Below, in pieces: positions 12,078 through 23,734 of a stretch of 64,000 nt of DNA (the first letter of the stretch is position 1; every line of letters begins with the position of its first letter). This DNA comes from Felis catus (lineage: Eukaryota), in NCBI RefSeq assembly GCF_018350175.1, contig NC_058368.1, positions 216,940,001-217,004,000 of the forward strand. Direction: 5' to 3'. The position numbers and the translations under genes are program-made. A model generated the notes under the pieces. The model saw only the letters and a program-made list of their open reading frames with translations, was not told where the DNA came from and made no database searches.

Positions 12078-12570
12078 AGGTTTATGGCAGACTCTTACAG
12101 AAATAGTCCTTAATGCATGACGTGTCCTTGTGTCTATATTCATGTAGAGTTTTTTCCCACATTGGCTGAGATTGGCCATGTGAAATCTTAGCCAGCTTAG
12201 ATTTCTTTTCAGTGAGATCTTAGCAAACACCATACAAGCAGAGGCTTGAAAAATAATACTCACTGAGGGTTACCTTTTCTCTTGCTGTTTTGAAAACAAT
12301 TTCCCATGTAAAAAAATCCCAGGCTAGCCTGATGAAACTGTGTGGTCTGGGAAACAGCTAGAACCAGCTGCCAACCTATGAGTAAAGCTATTTAAAAATA
12401 TCCAGACCAAGACAAAGTGCTGAGTAATATCAATTGTAAACAGCAAAAACACTATCCAGCTGACCTCAACCCAAATTGCTAACACAGGTGAAGATAAACA
12501 AGTAAAATTGTTAATTTTAAAGCTACTTCATTTTAAGGTGGTTTATTACACAGAATAGAGAAATGATAAA
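12078..12570 (+). mobile_element. MaLR LTR (MLT1H-like)
   Basis: caagcagaggcttgaaa..ccagctgacctcaacccaaattgct..ggtttattacacagaatag. Confidence 0.7.
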
Positions 12571-12993
12571 AGTTTCATAAAGTATCTTTTATGTTCTTTT
12601 ATTATATGGCTGTATCCTCTCCATCACTCTCAAATTCTTTTCTATCCTCCAGACCCTCACTTCTTTTCTATCCTCCAGACCCTCATTTCCAACTCCCTTC
12701 TTAACAACTCTATGGGAGGATGTTACCTATACAAGGGACTTCAAACTAAATATATTTTTAAATCTCCCTTATGGGCAATCTTAAATCTGCCTTAGCTTAG
12801 GTCCCACTTCTGCCCCTGCATACCTCTTATCTCAATAAACAACACTCACTGAATGAGTAGATCAAAAATCTGTAGGTCATAACTTTCCCCTTTGCCGTTA
12901 ATGTTTAACATATCCAAATGACCATATCCTGTCCATTTTTCATGAAACAATTCTTTTATATCCAGTTGTCTTCAACTCCATTGCCACTCTCAT

Positions 12994-13696
12994 TGTTAGA
13001 GTAGGCAGTGAGGTTCTAACAGGGTACCTGGCAGTCAGCAACTAGGAAGTCATGGCAGGCATTGGGAAGGTTAGAGGCCTGTCCCAGCAGCACTCCACAA
13101 GAAGTCAGATCAAGCCAGACAGGCCCAAGATGGTGCATGAGATGCCAGGATACCCCTGACCAAGTTTAGAAGAAAAAGCATGAGGGGCTCAGTTGGTTAA
13201 GCATCCTACTGGTGGTTTCTGCTCCAAAACGGTTTGTGAGTTTGAGCCCTATGTCAGGCTCCATGCTGCAAGCTGCAGAGCCGGCTTGGGATTCTCTCCC
13301 TCTCTCTGCCCTTCCCTGACTCATACTGTCTCTGTCTCTCTCAAAATAAATAAATAAACTTAAAAAAAAAAGGAAAAAAAAGGCATAAAATCCTGCTTCC
13401 CTGCAGGAAGTAATGAATATTTTGCCCCTAGTTAACAAATGTTAATTAAAGAGAGAAACCCAAAACCCAGGGATTCAGCTTGCTCTGTCTCTCCTAAGCT
13501 TGAGCTTGCCCATTCTTATCTTTCAAGTGTACTTGTCACTTTAATAAACTTTCCCACTGTGTCACTTACCCCCGTGCTGCATGTCTGTCCTTGAATTCGT
13601 CCTGCCAAGACCAAGAATCTTCAGCACCTCCTTCAGGTCTGTCTTGGCCTAGGTTAAGGCCCCAGGGCCCAGGGTTTTCCCAGTTCACCCAGCAAT
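12994..13696 (+). mobile_element. ERV1-type solo LTR with a nested CanSINE
   Basis: Starts TG (tgttagagtaggcag), AATAAA at 13543-13548, U5-like ccttgaattc..ccaagaccaagaa, ends near cccagca; no internal ERV sequence next to it. Confidence 0.75.
13183..13382 (+). mobile_element. CanSINE inside LTR
   Basis: ggctcagttggttaagcat..(CT)n, A-tail. Confidence 0.9.
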
Positions 13697-14212
13697 GCCA
13701 TTCGAGACAAAATCCTCTCTCTGATTAGAGAAAACATTTCCCCCTATCCAGTTCCCATAGAACTCTTATTTCCTCTTCAATCCATTCAGCAAACCATAGC
13801 AAAATTAATATTTCAAATGCAGACATGATTAAATAATACTGCATTATATTTTTACTGCCTTTGAGTTAAAAGAAAAAAAAAACACATATTCATATGATTG
13901 GGAAGTTTTTACATGAGAATTTCCCTGTTCATTTCCACAGCATAAATTTCTGTCATTCTCCTCTCTATTTTCTAATTTAAGCCATATTAAACTTCTTTCA
14001 TTGCTTTTGAGACATCACACCTCTTTCTATGTATCTTTGCTTTTGTGATTATGCAATTTCACCTACGGAAAAAAAATCTATCTTCTCTATCCATCAAGAT
14101 CTATTTTGTCTATCTTTCTTTGCTCAGTTTAAGCATTGCACCATGCAGGAGACTTTCAAGGATACTGCCTCCAGCCTCTGACCTTGCAGATTGCCCTTAT
14201 TTTGCATTTCAA

Positions 14213-14307
14213 AAAGTGGTGTGATGAAAAATGCGTAAGCCAGTTAAGGGGTGAAGGGATGAAACCAAAATCCAAGCAAACACATTTTGTTTTAATGCTT
14301 ATTTATT

Positions 14308-14353
<46 letters not shown>

Positions 14354-14690
14354 AGAGAGAATGAGTGGGGGAGGGGCAGAGAGAGAAGGAGACACAGAAT
14401 CTGAAACAGGATCCAGGCTCTGAGCTGTCAGCACAGAGCCTGATTCAGAGCTTGAACTCCCAAACTGTGTGATTATGACCTGAGCCGAAGACACCCAACT
14501 GACTGAGCCACCTGGGAGCCCCAAGCAAACACATTTTTATTTTAGCATTTGTTGATTTCTAGGATTTAAATATTACCACCATGGTTTTCAAGGAACATGA
14601 CATTAACTGGTCAGCCAAATTCCTAATAACTGAGCGATATACCCTGATCTCATGAGCTGTTAAATACCAGCTCTAGCATAACACCTTCTG
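14213..14690. mobile_element. hAT MITE (MER63-like) split by a CanSINE
   Basis: Ends agtggtgtg.. and ..cagctctagcataacac; core tagcatttgttgatttc..aaatattaccaccatgg. Confidence 0.55.
14286..14521 (-). mobile_element. CanSINE with expanded (GA)n
   Basis: Antisense body; TSD caagcaaacacattt. Confidence 0.95.
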
Positions 14691-15077
14691 TAGAGTCCCA
14701 CATTTCTCTCAGGATGCCCGGTGCACTGTCAATGTGAAGGTCCCATGGTGTGAGGGTCCATTTCTTCCTTTCTCACTTTTGTGTTTCCAGGGTATGACAC
14801 AGAACTCAACACACAGGATACAACTCACAAAATGTACTGAGTGCAAGAAAGAAGGACTGCATAAATGTTGATGCTTCCCTGGCTTCCAGGGTTGCATATA
14901 ACTTAGAGGGCCAGATAGTGTCAGAAAACAAACATCCACACTCCTCTGTTCTAGACTACTCACGTAATTATACTTGGAAAAAAAATTGAAATGAATTTCT
15001 ATAGGCTGACAATGCTTAGCTGGTGATTTGGATTCAAACTGTGTTAAAAATCATTCTTTTAAAATTATGTGTCTTGA

Positions 15078-15243
15078 GGGGCACCTGGGTGGCTCAGTCG
15101 GTTAAGCATCTGACTCTTGGTTTGGGCTCAGGTCGTGATCTCGTGGTTCGTGAGTTGGGAGCCTACTTGGGACTCTCACTCCCTCTTTCTCTCTGCCACT
15201 TCTCCACACTCTCTCTCTCTCTCTCAAAATAAATAAACCCCCA
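15078..15243 (+). mobile_element. CanSINE, internally deleted
   Basis: ggggcacctgggtggctcagtcggttaagc head, (CT)n, tail. Confidence 0.92.
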
Positions 15244-16311
15244 AAATTAAAATTATATGCTTCGAGTGCTTATATATTGGTTGAAAAGAGATGACATTGA
15301 GGAAATGTTTAATACAATCTTTAAATGATACTATGCAAGAATTTTTGTATGCATCACTGTGAAAACAACTGAACTTCACAGATACTCGGTTGCACATGTA
15401 GTTAACTGGAAAAGAAAAAAAAATGGAACTAAATGATGATGGGTGCATCACCCAGTTTCTTTCAACTGCTCTATTATTTGTAGTCTTAAGTACTTGGAAT
15501 AAAATGGTCTTGATTCCTATGAAAAAGTTCCTTAAATAGCATAATTTACTGAAGATTGACTATAGAGTAGGAAGTCAACAGAAGATTCGATGAGTAGAAG
15601 CACATTTTAGAAACTTTACAAGAATAATCCCAAGGGAATTGTACATGGCCTGAGCTACCACGAAACATGCTGAGGTATTTGATGGCTGGGCTTGCCAGTT
15701 AAATGATAGTTTCTTTAATGAACAGTAAAAAACATTATTAACTAAATTACCACATTTTCATGAACTAATATGGGCATTTTTAATTTTCATGCCTCTGAAA
15801 ATCATATGTAATAATGTGTATAATCCAAAACACATTGGATTATAATTTAATTGTCGCATTTGCTTCCATCTTGGTAATACACCAAAACAATGGCCTCATC
15901 AATTTGGTACATTACAGAAATGGTTTTATATCATATTAGATGTCATTTTACACACAGGAGATAAAATTACAAAAATGTCCTTTTTCAAAACCCTGATCCA
16001 GAACAGCAAAATGAAAGAGTTGGAGGTAATAAATACTAGATTAAAATTAAAACCATAAGGTCAGGGGAACTGCAAATATAATTATGGTGCTTAAAATAGC
16101 ACTTGTTCCGTTCCCACTATGGCTTTAAGGCATTAGGGGAGGCGTATTCAAAAGATGTTTTATACATACAATCACTTCAATATTCTACTTCTTTTGCCAC
16201 ATATCTATAACGGTCGGTTTATCACACAGAGGGAGACAGAGGTGGAGGGAGAGAAAAGGTCTAAAATTAAGCTAAATGTTAAACAGGATCGGCATGAGCA
16301 ATCAAGATAAA

Positions 16312-16502
16312 TAGTAATTCTAAAAATGTGATCCGGGAATCATATCCATAATAATTACCTGGCATACTTGTTAAAAATGAAGATTCTTTGGCTGTGACCC
16401 AAACCTACTGAATCACAAAAATCTGTGGCTGAGAACTAGAAGCCTTTATTTTTAACAAGCTTTCCAGCAAGTTTTATGCACAGTAAAGTTTGAAAAAGCC
16501 TG
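16312..16502. mobile_element. MER5-type hAT MITE
   Basis: cttgttaaaaatgaagattct..cccaaacctactgaatca..ttttaacaagc..aaagtttgaaaa. Confidence 0.7.
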
Positions 16503-16648
16503 TTTAGTAAGAAATGGAAAAAATATATATAAGCCAAAAAACTAGCTGAACATGGGATGTTGCACCATAATTTTAATCCTACAATAGGACCTTCCAGATA
16601 AGTATGCTGAGGAAGCATTTAAAATCATAATGCTTGCCTATGAGAATA

Positions 16649-16870
16649 TTTTTAAAATTTTTAAAAAATATGTATTTATTTTTAAGAGAGAGAGAGAAGC
16701 AGAGGGCGAACAGGGAAGGGGCAGAGAGAGAGAGACACAGAATCCGAAGCAGGGTCCAAGCTCTGAGCTGTCAGCACAGAGCCCCACACGGGGCTCAAAC
16801 TCACGAACCGGGAGATCATGACCTGAGTAGAAGGAGGACACCCAATCCAGGGGAGCCACCCAGGCGCCCC
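16649..16870 (-). mobile_element. CanSINE
   Basis: Antisense body; TSD gagaa(t/a)attttt. Confidence 0.95.
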
Positions 16871-18657
16871 GAGAAAATTTTTTAAAGTGGATGCATACCA
16901 GTGGAATCTGGAATGGCAGTTTAGCAACAGAACTATAGAAAGGACTAGGTAATATTAAACTGTACATGTTGTTGAAAGATTTGACGCAATGTTATGTTTC
17001 TTTTCCCCTAAAGAATTTAAAGTTAGGGTTGAATATTCTGACATAAATTGTTGGTTTGTTCAAAATGATGTACATATTTCTCACATTTTTTATCCGGGGT
17101 TATAATCTATGTATTGTGTCAAGGCGGAGCCATTTACAATCACAATTTCATTAGAAAATTAACAATCACTATATGTGTTTTGGATTGTTATTAGTAAAAT
17201 TTTATTTATAAATTATAGAAAGGTGTTTATTGCTTAATATTGAATATTAGCAACAAAGTGTTATAACTACAAGTTATAACTACAACTTGTTATAACTACA
17301 AGAAGTTATGTGTTAACTTGAACACATGAAAACCACTTAAATATATGTTACCTCTTAAAAAAACACGTGGCATATTGAAAAACAGAATTTAAAAATTGAA
17401 ATTTGTCTTAATTAATTACATTTTTGCCTAACTACAAGAATATTGCCTGAATTGTTAAAACTTCTCTGAAAAGTTTTGCTATTAAAATGACTAAATGACC
17501 CCAATATTCTTTACTCACCCTAAGTTATGTTGTTATTTTGTTGTATTACCAGGTAATCATTATCATTTACATATATCATCAAAATATTTTAATAAGTAAT
17601 TGCATCACCATCACATTTTGGAGAAAATGAAATCAAAAGTAATTTTAATGTAAATTTGTCATTCTTTATATAAAAATGTTAATATATGTATATTTTTTTA
17701 CCTAACCACACATGTCACTATTTAAAATTTTTGTAGGTGATAACATATTAAATGCATATGCCCACGTTTGGACAAAACTGAAAGACTTCCTATAATCCAG
17801 AAGCTTTAAATCATCATAGACAACTTTTATTTGCCTAAATTTCATGTGAAGACTAAAGGACAGAAATGAAAACCAAGGGGGGAAATAAAGTACCTTTGGT
17901 CTATATTTTCTGAGTGGAAGTTTCTTTGGTACCATATTTCTCTTATTTTCCTGATCAACTTCAAGGAGGAGAGTATCTTCTCAAGTCAAGATTATGCAAA
18001 AGTAACATATTAGTTATGAATTGGTTCAGACAGCTTTCTAACCATTTAAAATTGCTCAGAAATACATAAAAGCCATGGATGTTGAAGGGAAACTCTTTCT
18101 CAGCTTGCTATGTTCTTGATTTATAAAGTAGGGCAGCTAAAAAAAAAAAGTCAACCTTTAAACAAATTGTGCCTTTTCTACTTGTGCTTATTTAACAGAA
18201 TTCTTAAAAGAGCAAGCCACAGACATAAGGAAAATGCGGTGAGGACATAAGCAAATATTGTTAAATTTAAACAAGTATATTTTTGACACTAATAGGAAAC
18301 TAATTAAGTGTAGTTTTGAACTGAAGTGAATGCAAAACTCGTTTTTGTAGAACTTTGCCCTTGTTGATGGTCTATAAATGGCAATTTCTTCACATTGTAT
18401 AATGTTCACACACACACACATGCAAACATACACACACAGAAAAGTTCTTGGATCTTGCAAATGTACTTTTTAACTTTCTATTGAAAGATACTTTTCTTCT
18501 TTGCATGTCATTAGAGAATCTCATATCTACATTTTCATGATTACATTGAGCAACATTTACCTTTGTATGGGGAATTCTGTTTTGTCATAACAAAGCAGAA
18601 TGAAACAAAACCAACAACAACAACAAAAAACAAAGCAAGACAAACAAACAAAAAAAG

Positions 18658-18825
18658 TCCCACTCTTGGTCTCAGCTCAGGTCATGATCTCATGGTTTGT
18701 GAGTTTAATCCCCACATTAAGCTGCACCCTGATGGCAAGGAGCCTGCTTGGGATTCTGTCTCTCCTCGCTGCCCCTCCCCCACTTGTGCTCTCCCTCAAA
18801 ATAAATAAATAAACTTAAAAAAACC
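18658..18825 (+). mobile_element. 5'-truncated CanSINE preceded by a (CAA/CAAA)n tract
   Basis: actcttggtctcagctcaggtcatgatctc..gagcctgcttgggattct, A-tail. Confidence 0.88.
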
Positions 18826-19143
18826 CACAAAGAACAAAAAATAAGATACACGGCACTTTTAGCAGTCTTCATAACATACTAGTCTTGTATGTCAGTCAAT
18901 ACGATGAATACTAATGCCATACTTTTAGGTTAAAAGTTCTAATAAAAATTCTAAAAAATCTTAATGCATATTTTATATTTCACTTCTGATGTCTTACTAC
19001 AAGGATAGTCATCACTTCTTTTGAGTCAAAAGAATAATAAACTGCAAAATCCGTTTTATGAAATTATGCTATTTCGGTCTGATTATGACTGACCCCATGC
19101 AGCCACTCCAAAGTTGGTTCATGAGGAAATGACACATTGGAAC

Positions 19144-19628
19144 CATCAAACACAAATTGGACGAAATGGAGTTAAATAGGCAGGGAAGACTTTCAGGACT
19201 ATTACAACAGAGAAGAGAGACCAAACCAAACTGTGCTGAAACGAAAAATGAGAAATTTTTAAGTACTGCGAACTAATGGAAAATACTGGAGAACCGTAGG
19301 AGAGAGATTGGCCAATATGATTAGGTCATCTGTGTGTGCTAATTGGATCTTAAGTTAGGCTCCTAACCTCTCACAGAGAGTGGGACAGAATATCTTTCTT
19401 GATGATTACATTTCAAAGAGTTGCCTCCCAGGTCCTGGAGAGAGGCGTCAGTGGGTTAGGAACCACAGATGAGGAGGGAAGATTTACATGTCAAAGAGGG
19501 GGAAGAAAGAATTTACAATCAAAAGTTTTCTGAAGTGTTCTAAGGAAGAGAGACAGGAAGCCTGGGTCAGGAAGAAGCCTGTCTACAGGTTTGTCAAGCT
19601 GAGGGAAACATTAAGGCCATCTTTGTCA
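19144..19628 (-). mobile_element. ERV1 solo LTR (MER31/MER67-like)
   Basis: Reverse complement starts TGACAAAGATGGCCTTAATGTTTCCCTCAGCTTGACAAAC..AGACAGGCTTCTTCCTGAC. Confidence 0.7.
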
Positions 19629-19739
19629 CCAGCTTCATTTACATGCTGTGTCTGCAGAAATAGGCCCGAGGGAAAGTGGAGCCATTTGAAGACAAGTTGT
19701 ATGCCTGAATCTTAAAGTCCTTTTCCCTTATTACTTCTC

Positions 19740-20010
19740 CTTTGTGAGTTAGTCTTTCCTCCCCAAGAAACCTTTAAAATGCTCCCTTTACTCTTCCCCT
19801 GTTTGACTTACATGTCTTTTCTCTGTGTTCCCAAGCAGGCTAGCAGCATTTCTTTCAAAGTACTTATACTAGAAATGCAATTTTGAAGATCAGTTTTGCC
19901 TTCCCATCAACTGTGAGCATTTTAAGGGCAAGATGCTGTGATTTTTATATCTGAATCCTCAGCAACAAGTTCAGTGCCACACATAGTAGGTACATAACAA
20001 TGACTGCTGA
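19740..20010. mobile_element. L2 3' relic
   Basis: actgtgagcattttaagggcaag..cagtgccacacatagtaggtac. Confidence 0.55.
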
Positions 20011-20718
20011 AGAAAAGTAACTTGGTTCTTTCACACCGAATAGTTTAAAGTCAGTGGGGGTGATGAGAATCATAGATGGACAAAGTCCCTTAAACCTTGA
20101 GTCTTAAAACATTTATTCTGTTGCTTTGAGCAGTAAGGCCAACCCTATTAGAGAGCATTATAAATGAAAAATATGCAAATGTTTAAAAATAGCCCAGTTT
20201 TAACAGGGATTATAACAAAATCGAATATGAGCTTAACTTTGAATTTGTTGGCTTTTATGTTTCAAGTTAAATCCATGATACCATTTGAAACTATCTTTTG
20301 GAATGCAAATGAACACCAGTACTGCTGAGCTTAGTGAAAATTAATGACAATAATAATAGAAAAGACCTTACTTACAACGTATACTGAATTCTGTTTTAAC
20401 ATAATAAGTAGATTCAAGGTGGTCTTTGTTATGATGATGATTGACTGATCGCATACAAATACAACCTTGCTTACCATTTCACTTAAAGTAAACTTAAATA
20501 TAAAGATGATTGTATAATTTCTAACACAAGGAATAAATAGAATGCAGTTTGACGAGCCAACCAAAACACCACATTTCACATTTTACCTAGGAGATCTTAA
20601 GAAGGAATAACTTCAAATATTTTATTTGGTGGGAAAATACTCATTGTGTTCTGAATAAAATTTTAAAGATTTTTCTTCTAAATTGCATGCAAATTTTAAA
20701 TTAAAGAAACAAATCATT

Positions 20719-20965
20719 GGGGCACCTGGGTGGCTCAGTCAGTTGAACATCCAACTTTGGCTCAGGTCATAATCTCATGGTTCACAAGGTCAAGCCCCAC
20801 GTTGGGCTCTGTGCTGACAGTTCAGACCCTGGAGCCTGCTTCAGATTCTGTGTCTCCCTCTCTTTCTCCCTCTCCCCTGCTTGTCCTCTGTGTCTCTGTC
20901 TTTCAAAAATAAATGTTTAATAAATACAAAAATATGTTTAATAAAAACATTAAAAATTTGTTTAA
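20719..20965 (+). mobile_element. CanSINE
   Basis: Full-length sense copy; aaatcatt on both flanks. Confidence 0.95.
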
Positions 20966-21840
20966 AAAGGAAAGAAATCATTAACAATTGAAAGTCAATT
21001 TTTCTGCATTAATATCTTTATAAAGAACTATAACTGAAAAATAATATTCTTGTACATATCATTTAATTTCAGATAATCACATTTGACAGATAATTTCAAT
21101 ATTTAAATAAGTAAATTCCATTGTTAATAATTTATAGAAGCCCAATTATTTTTTATGTAACTATTTTTCATGGAATTTAACTTTATTTTCACATGTTGCC
21201 TTAGAGTATTTCACGGTAATTATAAATTATTTTTAAAAATACACTTTATTTACAGTGTTCTTTTATTCCAAACACACTCTTTTGTGAACATTTTAATTCA
21301 ATGCAATTTAATTCAGACAATGGGCTATACCTCAGCACAATTAATTTTGTTGTACAGTTTTATTCTAGAAACAATTAAATTTGTATAAACTTCTGGTTGC
21401 AAGATGCTTATATAATGCTTCTTGATTGAAAAAAAATCTTATAAGAAAGAGAGATTGATGGGGGGGGATTGGAAACTGCATAATTACAAACAAGGCACAC
21501 ATCTTCCAAATTTTCAATTTGTGTGATCTCCTACTATTTTCTGAAATTAAAAATTTTAGATATTGACATTTCAATCATTATCTATTATTCCATGTGATAA
21601 AAAATAATACCTAATTAATGATTATATTGTTGCTAGAAATTTATACTACTAGTGTGCATCCATTAATACCATATGTTAACATTTACATAATCAATAACAA
21701 GTGAATAACAGAAAACTCATTAAATAGTCTGAAACAATGAGTTACACAGTGGTAAATTCTGTAGTTGAACAATGCCACGTACAGCTCACCCCTTCTGTGC
21801 CATACCTGTTCTGCCTCTCTGATTAGAAGGGTGATCACAG

Positions 21841-22053
21841 GGGGCGCCTGGGTGGCTCAGTTGGTTAAGTGGCCTAACTCGGCTCAGGTCATGATCTCGC
21901 GGTCCGTGGGTTCGAGCCCCGCGTCCAGCTCTGTGCTGACAGCTCAGAGCCTGGAGCCTGTTTTGGATTCTGTGTCTCCCTCTCTCTCACCCTCCCCCAT
22001 TCATGCTCTGTCTGTCTCTGTCTCAAAAATAAATAAACGTTAAAAAAAAAAAA
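21841..22053 (+). mobile_element. CanSINE, young and CpG-rich
   Basis: Full-length; TSD agaag(g/a)gtgatcacag at 21825-21840 and 22055-22070. Confidence 0.97.
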
Positions 22054-22131
22054 AAGAAGAGTGATCACAGTAGTTATAGACATTATATGCTGATAACTGC
22101 ATCCACCAGTTGAAAATATTTCCAGCAGAAA

Positions 22132-22134
22132 AAA

Positions 22135-22174
<40 letters not shown>

Positions 22175-22200
22175 AGAAAGAAAGAGAGAAAGAAAGAGAG
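22132..22200. repeat. (GAAA)n microsatellite
   Basis: Tandem units seen directly. Confidence 0.95.
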
Positions 22201-23505
22201 ACTTCTATTTTGTCTTCCTTCAGAGAACTTCCTAGAACTACAGAAGACTTCCTTTTACATTGCATTAGATTCTCAACAGTGACCATGCCCAATGCTACTT
22301 TCTCAAGTGAATGACTCTTTAGTAACTGATTCCCAATATGAGTCTCCACCTGGAGTAGGACAGAGATGTAGAATTTACAAAGGGCCATTAGGAAGAGGTC
22401 AACAAAATCAGACCTTCTGCCATGTGTATCCAAATCTTAGATTTGGAGGATGCTCTAAGTTATTTTATAGACAAATTTTACCATGGATCATAGGGTCGTT
22501 ATAAATATTAATTATGATAAATTCAGATACATTTATTTACAGAAGCCAGTAGAAACTGAAATATTAATATTTCATTATATAGGATGGGAGAATTTTATAG
22601 GAAATGAATATTTGTGAATTCTGCGTTCCACAAAATGTACCTGGTTATTTTTGGTGTGGGGGGGGGCATACAAATAACAGCAAATAACTAATTTATCACA
22701 TCATGGAATATGTTTAATTCATAATTAGGTTATTCATGTTTCTGAAGGCTATTATTAAAAATACTTTTATACAGAAAGTAGATTTATACTGAGAAAATGA
22801 CTCTCATCCAGCTGGTTGAAAGAAAGGGTGTTAGCATGTTTCAGACTAATAAAACAAGCAGGTGGATGTATCTTTTTTATCATTGTATATATGTTTTAAG
22901 TATTAAATTTATGACAAATTTTCTGAGTGGGTCCTGAAATTCATGAGGTCCTAACGTAGCCTTTCTAAGTAATGACAATAATCAGTAACAACGAACGTTG
23001 TTTCAAGAATTATGAGTGATATAAATTATTTTTACATTATTTGGAAGGGAGTGAAGCAGAGACCTAGAGTCACAAGTTGAGTGAGGCAAGAATAATGCTT
23101 GTATTAGCCTTTCAAATAGCCCACTAATGTTCTTCTACCTTACCTGAGAGAAGACTCCATAAAACTGAAAGATTTGCTACAGATTTTGTTATTTCCACTT
23201 CTGAACTCACAATCAGGTTGAAATACTCACTGGTGATAAATTCAATTATATATATTACATGGGAAAGAATCATTAATGGGTGCACAATGAGATGTTTGTT
23301 TTTAAAAGACGCTTCTAGGCAAATCGCTTGAATTTATACTGTGTATAGAATAAAGCATGGACTAAAAAAATAAATAGTAATTGTCTGGATTTCTCTATAG
23401 TACACAAAGGAGGTTGAAAAAGGAAGCATAACTAACTAACTAACTAACTAAATAATTCCTTTTCGCTCCCAGAAATGATGTTTGCTTCTTAGCCTTCCAC
23501 AAGCT

Positions 23506-23509
<4 letters not shown>

Positions 23510-23545
<36 letters not shown>
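23510..23545. repeat. (GA)n microsatellite
   Basis: Tandem units seen directly. Confidence 0.95.
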
Positions 23546-23734
23546 AGTGTGGTGATTCTCCTGTTTTTGTCCCTGGAACTAAAAATCTGGTGCTGGCTAA
23601 TCTGAGTGTAGGTTACAACAACACAACAACCTACCTGGATATTTTCTAGTCAATTCAGGCATAATTCAAAAATTTGTATTAAATTTAGAACTACTTCTTC
23701 ATTAAGTTCAGCAAAATATGTCTGGTGTATTCCA

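Larger units (their letters stand above)
12650..14200. mobile_element. L2 relic interrupted by an LTR
   Basis: Pyrimidine-rich L2-like motifs on both sides of the 12994-13696 LTR. Confidence 0.45.

Noticed and set aside
12637..12690. Short tandem duplications (about 26 nt here; 18 nt near 43272-43305)
   Set aside because: Ordinary slippage duplications with no sign of function
21841..21920. tRNA-like sequence with A and B boxes (TGGCTCAGTTGG..GGTTCGAGCCC)
   Set aside because: It is the tRNA-derived head of a CanSINE, continuing into the SINE body, (CT)n and poly-A
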